Below are positions 39,430-52,355 of a DNA stretch of 64,000 nucleotides, piece by piece; the stretch's first letter is position 1, and every line of letters begins with the position of its first letter. A model generated the notes under the pieces. It was not told the origin of the DNA. It searched no databases and saw only the letters and a list, made by a program, of their open reading frames with translations. Source of the stretch: Octopus sinensis (taxonomy: Eukaryota); the NCBI RefSeq assembly GCF_006345805.1, contig NW_021832602.1:186001-250000 (forward strand), in the 5' to 3' direction. The position numbers were made by a program, and so were the translations under genes.

Positions 39430-41715
39430 ATTATTATTCAACCAAGACCACCATCTAAAAACCCAAAATCCAGGCGCGGTTAAAAGTGGCAACATTTAGT
39501 TGTTCGTTTGGTTCTTCTAAGGTTTTGCAGATTCTTGATTTAATTTTTGAAATTTTTTCCCGATTGGCGTAGCTGATCCTATTTCCTCACGCTTTGCAAG
39601 CGTAGCTAATTGTATGTTTCATGTACTCCTATAGGCGGTTTGGCAAAAGGAAAAACTCTGAGTATGTAGAGTTCCTTCATAAATCTCGTGATCACATCAT
39701 TCACATGCTGCAAGAAAAACATATGAGTGTCGTATGTTACTTCCAAAATATTTTTTCAATTTTTGGAATGGTGTCTCCACATCGTTTAAACACAGCTTTA
39801 CTTGCGCTTTCCCGAATCTCTTTGCTGAGGTAAGGAGGGTCTCTTTGCTAGATTTGTTGGTAGTCGTTTATACTAGTAACCACGCTTCAAGACCGTAGAA
39901 ATAGTTTTGCAGTCATTGCGATTTCTCAGTCGCGAGATGCAACCACAATATCATCCGCATATGATAGAACAATTACATCTTTAGCTTTTGGCATCGGGAG
40001 ATCCGATAAGTATAATTTGAAATAGGCTGATGATAAAGGCAAACCTTTAGGTACTCCATATGGAAAAATACTTCAAGCTTGAATTTGTACTTTCCGTATA
40101 AATTTATTCCCTTTGCCCAGTAAGGAAGCAACCTATCCACTTTTTTAGGAATGAGGAGATATTGCAGAGAAATATTTTCCTAGTCAGTATTTTCCTAGAC
40201 ACGAAGTCAAAAACCTTGTGAATATCCACCGAGCACATAATCATCTTGTCGCTGTAGGGTTTAATTGTTAGTCCTTTCGAGATAAAGTTAGTCAGCGTGG
40301 CAAGATGCAAGGCCGTCGACTTCCCACTTTTAAATCCATGTTGAAAATTTAGGTCAGGAAGGAAATGTTTGATTCGGTTAAGTACATGCTTTTCCAGAGC
40401 TTTAGATAACACGCAGAGGAGGGAGATTGATGTGTATGATGCTGGGTTGTATTTAGGCTTTCCCGGTTTCAGGATAGGGGAAATGTGGGCCATTTTGCAT
40501 ATGGTAGGTATTTAATTGTTAATCAAGAAGTTATAGATTTTAACCATGGCTGCTATTGCTAGTTACTCAAAGTTTTTTAACAGAATTGTAGAAATTCCGT
40601 CAGGTCCACAAGATCCCGTTTTTCTTAGATTTTTGATAGTCTGAAACACTTTTTCGTGATTAAAGATTATTATATCGCGAGTTTCCGAAGTTTAAGGGAC
40701 TTCAAAAATAGTCCATTGTATTTCCTGTGAGGAATATGACTGATTCCGGCATAAAATTTTATTAATTTGTTGGCAATCGAAATCTAGAAGGGAATTTTTC
40801 TAGAAGGGAATTCTAGAAGGGAATTTTCTTACGGTTTTTGACCCGATTTTCCTCTTTTTATGAACAGCTTTTAACCAATCAGGATTATCTAATTGAAGTG
40901 TTTAGCAGCATTATCAATTGAGTCGTAATCATGTACATCAAAAGTTATCAGTACTTTATCAATGTAGCGGGTAAAGTTAACCCAATCGGCATGGTTGTAA
41001 TCGTATTTAAAAATGGGAGGTGTTTTTCTGAAAAGGGATTTGACTTATATAACTATCGGGTTATGATCGCTCTGTAAGTCGTAGATTACGTTCAAATTAG
41101 TCAATGACACCAGGTTAGCGGAGCAAAGAGTCAGGTCGGGCGAAGTAAGTTTGTCCTTTCTGTTGTGTGGGGTTCTTGTGTTGAAAGAAGGATTGTTGAG
41201 AATGACTAGGTTGTCAAGTTGCTCAAGCAGCGACTTTCTACGCAAGTCAGCTTTTTTAGACTTAAGCCACTGTGTGTGCTTTGCGTTCAGGTCACCGCAA
41301 ACAAGAAAGTTTTAAAGTTTATCAACCAGGAGAAGATCTGGGGTAAAACTTTTCGGGCATAATCCCATTGGCGGAATGTACATATTGCAAATAAGTAAAT
41401 TTCCAACAGGAGTAGATATAGTAATTGCAGAAGCCTCCAAGCATCTATTTTGATTTAGTTTAGAGTTAATGAATGCGAAACTCTCCTGGTAGTAAATACC
41501 CTTTTTAATAAGTGTCATGAGACCGCCTCCGCGGACAAATTATCTGTGGGGACCTCGAGGACATGGTGAGTTTTTTTCAGGATTACACAAACATAAATTT
41601 CGTGTTTGGTCGAAAAGGAGTTTAATTCAGTTACCTTCCTGGTAATCCTATTAATGTTCAGTTGAATTAAAAAAAAACTTAATTGTGAGCAAAATAAAAA
41701 TAAATTAAACAAATC
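39430..41715 (-). mobile_element. Degenerate, internally deleted I/Jockey-group LINE (endonuclease plus RT) with (TAA)n tail
   Basis: IQLNIN, NMYIPP, CGDLNAKH, LQSDHNP, SISLLCVLSKALEK, QHGF, GVPKG and SYADD motifs. Tail TGAATAATAATAAT at about 39430. Confidence 0.88.
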
Positions 41716-41827
41716 GGCCGACATTGACCAGCATTTTAACGCTTTTATTCAAAATTGCAAAAAATTAGTAAGTGCCACTCTTTGTCTGTATTGATGGCTT
41801 TTCTCTATTGGCCTGTTTTTTCTAATT
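41716..41827 (+). repeat. Direct repeat, right copy, abutting the LINE 5' end
   Basis: Matches 39308-39429 with scattered mismatches and a 10-bp indel. Confidence 0.85.
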
Positions 41828-41953
41828 CGATGTTTTTTGTAATTAAAAAATTAGATTTAACTGGTCAGGGGTTTCAATACTGGGTTGAATATCCCACCAT
41901 CAGCCAATTTGTATATGTTAATTAAAAAAATAATTTAGCAAAATAATAATAAA

Positions 41954-42389
41954 TTAAACAAATCGGTGAGCAATAGACATAATTTTGGCATATTGGGGTC
42001 CCATTGAACGCAAGGCAGATGGAATTGGGACTGTAATTCTTGTGCCCAGAGGGTTTCCATTGGCATCAACCAACACAACGTTATTCGAGTCAAATCGGGG
42101 AATGAAAGATTTTTGGGACTTTCTCATCCCAACTACGTACGCATGTCTAACCAATCCGGCTACTGCCACAGTTATTCGGTCACCAATGTCAGCCTGGGGC
42201 TTTCTCCCGCGGTTTCCTATCATCCGTGGGTGTCTGTTCTTCACTTTGGCCTGCTTTCCAAGGTCACTGTTGTCCACCACTCGTACTTTGGTCATATTTC
42301 GGAATAGCACAGGCAGAGAGGTTCTATTTTGATTAGTCACTGAATATTAACCCTAGAAATCTTCGAGGTTGTACAAAATGACCCCACAT
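41954..42389 (-). CDS. MRPL14: Mitochondrial ribosomal protein L14 (about 135 aa, one 28-nt intron)
   Basis: VRVVDNS; PRFDSNNVVLVDANGNPLGTRITVPIP (animal mito-L14 type); short putative presequence MWGHFVQPRRFLG. Confidence 0.92.
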
Positions 42390-42484
42390 AAGTGATGTGA
42401 ATAAATGAATTAATTAATAATTATTTTAATGATTTGATTCATATATAATTATATTTAAATAATTAGTGTATATTTTGTGGTCTG
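42390..42484. promoter_or_regulatory. 95-bp AT-rich bidirectional promoter interval (MRPL14 / ATP6V1F)
   Basis: Divergent ATGs at 42389 and 42485; function is inferred from geometry. Confidence 0.55.
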
Positions 42485-42925
42485 ATGAGCTTAGCAGGGT
42501 TAAGAGGGAAGCTGATCGCAGTGATCGGAGATGAGGTATCCCACATATTCATTATAAAGGAAACATGCACGGGATTCCTTCTTGGCGGAATTGGGGAGTT
42601 TAAAAAGCAGTTCGGCGTTAACTTTTTCGTGGCGAACAAATGTATTGTCTTCCCTTTACTTTCCCCAGCCACGAACGTCGAGTCTATTTCGAATGCCTTC
42701 ATGTCGTTTGTCAACAGAGAGGACATTGCAATGATCATAATTAACCAATGCGTATTCACTCGTCATTTGTTGTAGATTGCCGATCTGATTAGGGATGTGC
42801 TTTCGGCTGTTACGACTCCCCTCCCGGCCATACTCGAAATCCCCAGCAAGGACTGTCCCTACGACCCATCCAAGGATTATATCATTAGACGAGCCAAAGC
42901 ACTCTCATCTGATGATTGGAAATGA
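42485..42925 (+). CDS. ATP6V1F: V-ATPase V1 subunit F (about 121 aa, 3 introns)
   Basis: [10 protein letters not shown]|[13 protein letters not shown]; [11 protein letters not shown]; [18 protein letters not shown]. Confidence 0.96.
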
Positions 42926-43079
42926 ACGCTTCACCATTTATTTAATTATTCTAACATTAATTATTCATATTATTCACGCAGTGCGTCATTTGTGTCACAG
43001 CTAATCTGTACTGCGTCATTCCCGCAACTAAATTGTAGAAAACAGGCAATAATGAAACTGCTTAATTACCAGAGTTAAT

Positions 43080-43230
43080 TGATATGAACAAAGTCGTCAA
43101 ACGGGGCCCTAATGTCGCAGGCTTCCCTTTCGTTTCTGGAGCCCACTGATCTTGATCGCGGAGACGGCAAGCGTCTGGACGGAATGACGGTCTTTCCATT
43201 CAGAGAGGGGAAGTGTCTCGTTTGGGATTT
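43080..43230 (+). mobile_element. CRE RLE fragment
   Basis: [37 protein letters not shown]. Confidence 0.8.
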
Positions 43231-43387
43231 AAGGCGACTGGCGAATCGTGATTTTCTAAATTAGCAGATAAATTTAATTACTCGTTTTTCTACGAATACT
43301 TAAAAATTGATATGATCTAACCACAAAATTAGTTAGCATCGAATGGCTAATTAAGAACAGTGGACATATTAGTAATAGTTAAACATG

Positions 43388-46210
43388 CTAAGAAGCCTCA
43401 TTGAGAAAAGACGCGAAGGAGAACGGTTCAAAGCGGACGCCATCTCCTTTAAAGAACTTTGATTGGAACTCCACCCTAACAGTCCCCACGACATAACAAA
43501 CCAGTGAAGTCGAACTGCGTGTAGAAAAGCAGAGAGTCCCTCCATAAGTAGAAGAATGCCAATAGTAAGACAAGCAAAGGGGACAAAGACAATAAAAAGG
43601 GCAATGGCGCCAGTGTGTGAGGACTGCTGTAGTCCAATCCTGAGAATCATAGACCACAACACCTCGGAGAGTTCTAAAATGAGAAATAAAGCAAACCAGC
43701 GTGTGCAAGACTGAGGGCCCACAATCGAAGATATGAGGCAGTGTGTGATATTGTGTTGAGAGTGAACTCGATGGTATGGATGGCTTGGTTGATCATCAAG
43801 TCAGAGAACTCAACCTACCGTAGAATACAAATACAACCTTCGTCTCTGGTTGGTCAATTTGAATGAGAGACTCTGAGAGAGACCCTGCCTTCTTGTTTTG
43901 CCTCCTGATTGTGAGTGGTTTGCCGAGGAGGAGACATGGGATGGATATGAACATGACCAACAGGAGGAACGTTTGGAATGATTGCTGGACTGGGGATGTA
44001 GGCAAACCTGTCCTGAATAGAAGACCAGTGATGAACAAGGCACAGAAGCACTGTCGGTGTCATATCTCATCATTGCCATGTTGATCAGGTCTGCAGAATT
44101 AAGACACAAACCAACGAGTGAGCAGACTGGGGGCACAGTGGGCAGTCGTGGCGTCGTAGGCCAACCATTTATACACCACGAGTGCCACCAAATACACCAA
44201 CAGACTCCCAAAGAACATAATCATGGGCAAAAATTCGACCACAATCATAATCTTCTCCTGGAATCGTCTACCAGTCACACTCACTCAATACATGTGGTTG
44301 ACAATTTGTAGCAATATTCCAAACAACATGTGGAACACTGCAATCACGATCGACAACTTCATTTTGTAGGAATTGGAAAATGTCATCGAGTTGGACGAGA
44401 GTGACCAAATAGGGTCAATTCCGTAAAAGTAGGGATGCCCTGAAAAGTCGGAAGTGTAGTTGGATTGAGGCAGTTGCCGCCGAGGCTCCAACCACGTGAG
44501 TTTGGAGTAATTGGCATAGTTTTGAGGAAGGATGTTATGACCCGAGGCAGACCACGAACTTTGGAAAATATTGAAGGACTTGGAGAAGGCATCATTATAC
44601 ACCAGTCCAGCGTGGATAGAAAAGAGTCCCATCAGCAGAATGACATATCTCCCCCCAAATAGCATTGTCCATATCCAAATAAGACCATCAGCAAACCTCA
44701 TCCTTTATTTTACTCTTGGCAAGTTTCTTCTCATTAAGCACAAGTATTGCAGCAAATATAAACATGATTAGTCCGTGGCCAAAATCCCCGAACATGACCC
44801 CGAAAAGGAAAGGGAATGTGACCACCGTGAAGAGTGCTGGACTCATCAACACGGAATACCCGGGTTTACTTCCAGGTAGGTCGAGATCCCATAGGCGTCG
44901 ACTATGCTTTGGAATGCCGATGTGTATTTATTGGTGGGATTCCACGTAGGCGCTTTCAGGTTGGTTTCCACACGGGTCAGAATTGAGGGGGCAGAACTCC
45001 CCGAACGCAACTACAACTCAGCTAGGAGGACAACTGAGGCTTCCACAAGAATACTCTCCACTTTGGGAATGTCCTCCACTGCACACCAACACTCCCCCAC
45101 GAGGAATCCTTTGCTCACATTGTCACTCAGGTGGTTGAGAATGTAGTACACGGCCTTCACTCTCCGCACGTGTGTCAACCACTCGTCCAATCGTCCACAG
45201 GCCAATTGCAGTAATTGAATTCGGTGGTTTTCTCCCTCTTTAATTATCTTTTTTAAATAATTAGTTAATTCGGTAATAAAATTAATTAATAATATACTAT
45301 ATTTAATTCGAGTAGTCTTGTGGTGATACTTTTGAGTTGGGAAACATGTTCTTGTGGGTCAGATGGCATAGAATACACCGTAGCCCTCATTCTAGGCCAT
45401 CAAACAAATGTAATACGCCTCACAAATAGCCTTTATTCGCTCCTGCAGATGCTCTCCTCTGTAAATTACTATAAAAACTAATTTCGGAATCGAATCCCCC
45501 TACAAATAAAGAGAAAGCACCCACAGTGACTGGATCAATCAATTTCTCAGTAATTTCCCGCGTCTTGAGGATGACATTACCACGGAAAGCCCTCCACAGC
45601 AGTCGATGAAGCACGGACACCCGATCTCTACCCACAACCCCGGAAAGTGTGGATATCATGTCTCCATACCCCTCTCCCTCGTCCACATTCCACATTAAAT
45701 AATCAATAAACTTCCAAATAAAATTCCCGCGTTTTTATAAGGACTTGATTGATTTCCGTCAATTCGACCATGTTTTTTTTGAGGGTTTCCGTGCTGGTGT
45801 TGACTCGTTTTAATTCTGTGTAGAGTCTTTGTGCCTCGGCCTGGAATGACACGTGACTGTCACCTCCATCTCCACCAAACAGTCAGCGTCGAGGACCGAA
45901 CTCAAATCGTCCTGAGTCTCGAGGATTTCAATCCCTGCAGCCTGTGCGTTCTTCTCAATATATTCTGATGGTGTAGTGAATAATATTACTTAGTTTTTGT
46001 TCTATTTCGTCTGCTCTTTTTAGTTCTCCTACGTATTTCTTGTCGAGGACATTCCTGTCTACTTGCATCTGGAAATAGATCACATGAGAGTACATCTCTT
46101 ATCTCCACGATACCCTCCTGTCCTAGTTTGGACACGATTCGGTAGGCTGCCTCTGTTTGTAGGAATAACTGGCATAATGCCATTTCCTTGCTTCTCAGCA
46201 TTTCCACCAT
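43388..46210 (-). CDS. ATP6V0A: V-ATPase V0 subunit a (about 800 aa, 16 introns)
   Basis: [12 protein letters not shown]; FQSIVDAYG; [16 protein letters not shown]; NSYKMKLS; [16 protein letters not shown] with the essential Arg; RLHWVEF. The spliced total is in frame. Confidence 0.96.
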
Positions 46211-46969
46211 CTGGTAACCACAAAATACTTTTTTTTATTTATTTTTAATTAATTTAAATTAAGTTTTAATCAGTATTAAGTTAAAATTTTTTTCAATTAT
46301 AATTTATATAAATTATAATCACTTTTCCTCATTTTCCACAGCGCTTAACCGAGGAAAATGGAGGAGACTCGTTACTAACATTGTTTTGGGTGTTGCACAG
46401 GTGAGACTATTTCGGAAGAATTAGAAACGACCCCTGTGAGCTCAATCGGCTCTTTGAACTTGTCTCAATAGCCGTTCTTAAACGAATAACCAAAAAGTCC
46501 GCCCTCTTCTTTATATCAATCAATAATGCCACGTTTGGGTGCATTTAACCTTGTTTGACTGTTTGCTTAAAAATATAAACTGTTTATTGGTCAGGTCGGT
46601 CATGAACAGTGGAACTGACTTGATCGACTCAGTTTTTACATTTATCTTGAACAGTTGGAAAAGATAATTTTCACGTATCTCTAGAATCGCTAAATAAATT
46701 TTATTTAATTTTCGACTTAATTTTATAAAAAATGTAAGAAGTAAAAGAAAACCGGCGAGAAAATATCCAATTATTGTTTTTAATTACACTCTGGTGTTTA
46801 AAAATAATACTGAAATCATAATCACTAAAATCGTGAAATATGTGTCAGCAACATATATTTCAAAAAAAACAAACTATTGATAACTACGCTTTGAAAAAAG
46901 ATAAATAAAATCAAAAATGCCAAAAAATAAATGTTAAACTAATTTTAAAGAGTCCCGGATAGTGAACGT

Positions 46970-48242
46970 TTACTCCCGTGTGGTTGTTGTATTCCCGGAA
47001 TCATTAAGATGGTTTTTGTACGGATAGCTTTTATGTCCATCATCTATAATGAAACTTGTCCTGGCTAATGTGGGTACCTTAAAAAAGGGATGGATAATGA
47101 TGTCACCGATTCCGTTTTGCGAACTACCAAGACGCTTTTTCGGATTTTTGACAAACAACTAGAATATAAAATTGACATCACTTTTTTCAGAATATCTATT
47201 GTTTCACAATTCATTATTTCGGAAAAGTGAAGTTCGAGTAAAAAATAATCAGGTTCTTTATTAAGTATTGCTTTTATAACAGCATTGTAGTTTTGACCAA
47301 AAAATGGAAACTACAAAATAAAAGGTAAAATTAAAAACTCTTTTAAATAACATTCGGAACAGACAGACCCCAAACATCCAATGATCAATTGTTCTGGTAT
47401 ATTCTTCTTGTCTAGCAACTTCTGGAGCGAAATAGTCCACAATTCCCACAATTTCTTTAATTTTTGAATTCATTTTCATGTTTGTTTTGACATTTTCAAA
47501 GTTAGCAATTTTAGCGTACCCGTCTGATCCCACAGAAATGTTTTCCAGTGTTAAGTCTCTGCTAAATTATAAAAACTGACATGCCTGTGCATAATATTAT
47601 GCTCGTGGAGAAACTCGAGACCCAGCAAAATACAAACAGCGTAGAATTTTGACAATTGGAATGTCACTGTGGATATCATAGATTCTAAGTTTCCAAATTC
47701 AAGATATTCAACGATAATGACCGAAAAATTCTGAAGTTTTTTAATATATTGGAACCTTTGAGTAAAAATGTGAATGAAGATGGGACAAAAACTTGTTTTG
47801 TGACTTTTTTGCTAGAGAAAAAACATAAATTTCGTTTCTTCTAGCCTCATTCATTGTAATTTTGTGTTTTTCCCGCTCTTCTTCCTTGATGGCATATAAT
47901 TTCCCATCTTTTTTGTGTTTATGCAAAGATACCTAAATAAATTATTATTGTATGTATTTCATACATCTCCGAAGTTTCCCCGTTCCAGCAATCTGATGTA
48001 TTTAAAGTTATTAATATACATATTTCTAAAAGTAGTGAATATTTTATGCTATACTCTTTGAAATAATTTCTACTGATACTGAAATTCGTTTTTGACCAAC
48101 GTCTTTCAAAAAAAGTTGATTTTTTTCTGTTTAAGAATATAAAACTGTCTCCCGAATCATAAGATGAATTCAAACAATTATTTGAGCAATTTCCTTTCCC
48201 GCAAATGTTACCCTGTAATTATTAAAATAAGTTTTTAACCAT
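46970..48242 (-). CDS. PKN/AGC-like predicted pseudokinase, copy B
   Basis: Same exon-intron structure as copy A, open frame, same HRDLTLEN and NFE motifs, and roughly 15-20 amino-acid differences by my manual alignment. Confidence 0.88.
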
Positions 48243-48996
48243 TCGAATATTCCAATTATCTCGGATCGTCCTATTTATAACAAATCTTCAATGTTATCTG
48301 ACTAATTATTTTGACAAAAATTATTAATAAATATATTCTATTACAATCAGTACACAATTGCTCCTCTACCATTATGCTAGTAAATTAATTTTGAAAACAA
48401 TAAAATAAATTAAACTTAGAAAGTTAATATATTACAAAAAATGTGAAATTCGGGTTTCTCATGGCGTGATACACTCATTTACTCTTTTTAATCTTCACAA
48501 AATACTAGGCGTCCCAGCTTTGAGCAAAACGGCAAATAAAATACACGCAAACCTCTCTAATTTACCATTTCTATGATTTGCTCTCTCCCTTTTATCGAAA
48601 AAATGAAATTCTGTTTTTTTCTTATGTTTTTCTATTTTTAACATTTTTCTATTTCTTACTACTTTTTTTCAGGCTTATTTTAATTTTTTATTAATGTTTA
48701 TTAATTAATTTAATTAATTGCTTAATTAATTTATTAAAAATTGGACGCAGGTATAATCAAGTGCTTCAAATAGTATTTAAATACATTTTTTGTTATAATC
48801 GAACTTTTTTCAAATGATTGCTTAGTTATTTTTTTAATAAGATTTTCTTTAGAAAAATCAAACACTGGGATTTTTTCAGAATGTCTAAAACATATGACCG
48901 GTACTGTACTATCGAAAACATCAAACAAGGAATTGAGAAAAAAACATTATTAATTTATTTAACTGTCTTTCCTAAGAATGTTCTCAAATAAAACTT

Positions 48997-49202
48997 GCTC
49001 ATCTCAAGAAACTTTGGCGCCTGTGCACCTACCGCTCTAGAGATCCGAGGGAATTTATATTCCTTATTCAGAGGATCTCGCTGGCTGTTTTACGCGGGAA
49101 TTGTCTTTCAATCCTGCGAGCCAGTTCATAATAGCTAGATTTTTTTTGACGATTTCACATTAACAATTAAATGGTTGTTTTATTTAAATAATTAACAATT
49201 AC
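48997..49202 (+). mobile_element. 5'-truncated CRE insertion with an about 10-bp TSD
   Basis: Encodes ..RDPREFIFLIQRISLAVLRGNCLSIL*. Flanked by AATAAAACTT and AATAAAAACTT. Absent from copy A. Confidence 0.85.
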
Positions 49203-49433
49203 AATAAAAACTTATTTTCTTTATTTTGACTAATAAACCCGTTGGAAACAAAAAATAGCAAACTAATTAAAAAAACATGACAGTCAAGCTTTAAATCTCG
49301 TTTTTTTACCACCTCCTCTTTTTGCCACTATTTTGGTCGGTCCCCTTGTTGGCAATAAATAGAAAGTTGACTGTAACATTAAACAGCATAAGAGCACACT
49401 TGAGACAATCTAAGATCTTATTAGTGTTTAAAC

Positions 49434-49640
49434 CAGTGGTTCTCAAGTGCGGCCCCGACTTCCAAACTTTCAACTTAATTTAAATATTTTGATGAATTTT
49501 ATTTTATTTTTTGAGAATGATAAATTTACAATGTTGAATTTAAAGCAAGTATATGTCAGACAAATAATCATTATTGTTGCGAAGGCATGAGAATTTTTTA
49601 ACTAATTAATTTCAAACTAAATCCAGAGCCTTCGAAATGA
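49434..49640 (+). mobile_element. Orphan Buster/Charlie-type hAT left end
   Basis: CAGTGGTTCTCAA TIR preceded by GTTTAAAC (central TA). Right boundary uncertain. Confidence 0.6.
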
Positions 49641-49959
49641 ACAGAGAATGGAATTCCACTCACTACGTTACTTTCTTTCTTTTCTTCTCTGGCTTTGTAG
49701 ACCTCCGAGAAGGTGCAGTCCACCGCCTTTCAAAACAATAACAGCAATGAAAAAATTTTTAATTTGTTTCCTGAACCTTTGAAAGATTATTATAATTTCA
49801 GAAAAATATTAGGAATGCAAAAGAAAAAATCCGAAACCGGAGGGAAATTAAGTGATTATTTTCGTATCCTTAAAAGAGTGATCATCCGGGTAGAAGATTC
49901 GTCAAGGAATTTTGTCCATCAATTTCTGACGATTGATCAAGTCAAAAGCTCTTGAAATA

Positions 49960-50500
49960 TCGATTTCAAGAATGTTTGTCACATTTTTGAACCTTTGAAT
50001 AGTGGAACATCACCATCTATAGCTTCAAACAATATCAGAAGTCCATTTTCATGCACGAAAACCGCTATGGAAAGCAGATATAAATTGTTCCATACAATGA
50101 TTTATTCTTTGTAGAGTAATACAATTGCCAGCACTTTCCGTATGCTATTTATAAGAATTACTGGCCTGAGTTTCTCTAATTTTCCTTTAGCTTTTTTCGG
50201 TTTTTAGACAGTGACCAGTATTTTTTGTCTCAGAGACAAATGGTCGTTTTTTTAAACATTCCATTGAAGAGGTCGGCAATGAGTACATGTAGATTTTCAT
50301 AATTAATAGTTCTGGTCCTAACCTATCTGACACTAGACTATTATTGTTTGTGAGCTTAGTGAATGATATTTAAACTTATTTAGGAGTTATTTCCAACTCC
50401 GATTTTCTGGGATAGCCAATAAATGCTGCAATTACGTTGATCTTTAATTTAAACAATTTCTTAGTTTCTTTAATGAATTAAAATAAAGTATCCAACTACT
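49960..50500 (-). mobile_element. Degenerate RTE RT fragment
   Basis: KLRPVILINSIRKVLA..SGFR resembles 57000-57250. Confidence 0.65.
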
Positions 50501-50757
50501 AATGTTTAATGATTAGTTTCTTTAATAAATTCTGATAAATATTCCAAATAAGGAAGAAAAGTTAAGACAGTTATTGTAAAGGCGCTTTAAAAATAAGGTC
50601 TCCAGTCAGTAGGTTATAATGAGTAACAAATCTTAATTTTTACATGTAAACAAAAGAATAGATTTCAAATAATTTGATTAAATTAAATTTAATCTAAATT
50701 GAAATTATAAATGCATTATAAATTATTTAAAATAGAACGTGGTGCTTTGTTGACTTG

Positions 50758-52355
50758 ATGGGCAAGCTAAATCAAACACTAAACAAATATGAACGAAACA
50801 AAATTGCAGGTAAAGCCCAAGCTAATAATAAGCTCCTGGTAAGAAACGTCCCATGAGAGACCCCTCCACTGCCAAACGTCTATTAATGTACACAAAATCG
50901 AAACCAATAAGGTAAACCACTAAAAAACAATCTTCAGGGACGCCAAAGGAAAAATAATCAAGGCAGCCCCCTACCAACAGAAAACGCCAACAGGCACAGT
51001 CGCTCGAACCCAGCCCTCTAGAAGCTGGTTCGGTAAGCTTAGAGAATATATATTGGCAGGCAATACTCGTTATGTCACTCAGGAGGCCCTCCAGACCTTC
51101 CAATCTGAGATGGGGACTGCAATGTCTGACCCCTACAAGGTGGTGTTGAAACAGACTCGACTTCCCATATCTCTCCTCAGGGAGATGGGATCACAAAAGA
51201 GAAGTCACATTCTGGACAGAGAAAGCTATTCGGCCACATTTGGACCAAATTCTCAGAGGAAAAGACCAACCTTGGCAGTGGGGTCCGTGGAGGAATTGTG
51301 TGAGTCAGCCAAGAGGAGGGCTGAGACCATCGAGGACACTGTTGATAGAGAAGAGGACAAGGACGAGTCAGTTCAGGCTGTGACTAAGAAAGGACAGTCT
51401 AGGAGGATTTGGAATGAGTTATTCAAGGTCGGCAATACTTATAATTTCAGGTGGTTGATTCCTCTGATGTAATTTTGCAAATATTGGATGCCAGGGACCC
51501 CCTTGGCACTCGTTCGAGTTATATTGAAAAGTATTTAAAGAAGGAAAAGCCGTTCAAACATCTCGTTTTTGTCTTAAACAAGTGTGATTTGGTACCCACG
51601 TGGGTCACAGTTAGAGTTGTGTGTAGTACTGTTAGAAACGATGGGTTACTCATTTGTCTTCCCAGTACCCCACACTGGCCTTTCGAGCCAACATAACCAA
51701 GTGTTTTGGCAAGTCGGCTCTCATGCAGTTGTTGCGACAGTTCGCTAAGGTGGGTGGGATATTAACATGGTAGTTACACAAAAACCGCAAGCAGATTTCT
51801 GTCGGGTTGGTGGGATACCCGAATTGCGGAAAGTCTTCGATAATCAATGCCTTGTTGGGAAAGAAGGTGTGCAAAGCTGCTCCCATCGCAGGGGAGACTA
51901 AGGTCTGGCAGTACGTATCGCTCATGAAGAGAATTTATTTGATTGATTCCCCGGGGGTGGTCTATCCATCGGGGGAGTCGGAGACGGATATTATCCTGAA
52001 AGGAGTGGTCGTGTGTGTCTGACTCAGGTGTAGGTGAGGGTGGAGACTCTTGACAATCCCGATTTTTATGCCGAGGAGGTCATTCGGCGAGTGGAGAGAA
52101 AGCACCTGGAAAATGCCTATGGGGTACTCGACTGGGATTCCGAAAGCGACTTTATTGAGAAATTGGCCAATAAGACTGGAAAGTTGATTAAGGTTTGTAA
52201 TCGGGAATATTCAGAAAGGGGAGCCCGACATTAATTGTGTGGCCAAGATGATATTAAATGATTGGATTAGGGGTAAATTACCTTACTTTGCACATCCTCC
52301 AAATCGTGAAGTTGTTTCCCCCACTCCGGTCGTACAAGAAGTGATTGAAAATTAA
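50758..52355 (+). CDS. GNL2: Nucleolar GTP-binding protein 2 / Nog2 (about 466 aa, 8 introns of 22-27 nt)
   Basis: WFGNTR; [19 protein letters not shown]; DARDP; NKCD; GYPNCGKSS; DSPG; [10 protein letters not shown]. Confidence 0.96.

Larger units (their letters stand above)
46894..49385 (-). repeat. Inverted segmental duplication, copy B (contains an extra 206-bp CRE insert)
   Basis: Reverse complement of 31086-33285. Confidence 0.95.

Noticed and set aside
45686-45711. Possible GG or TG acceptor in the 34-nt V-ATPase a intron
   Set aside because: A canonical AG gives an in-frame product, so no non-canonical site is needed.
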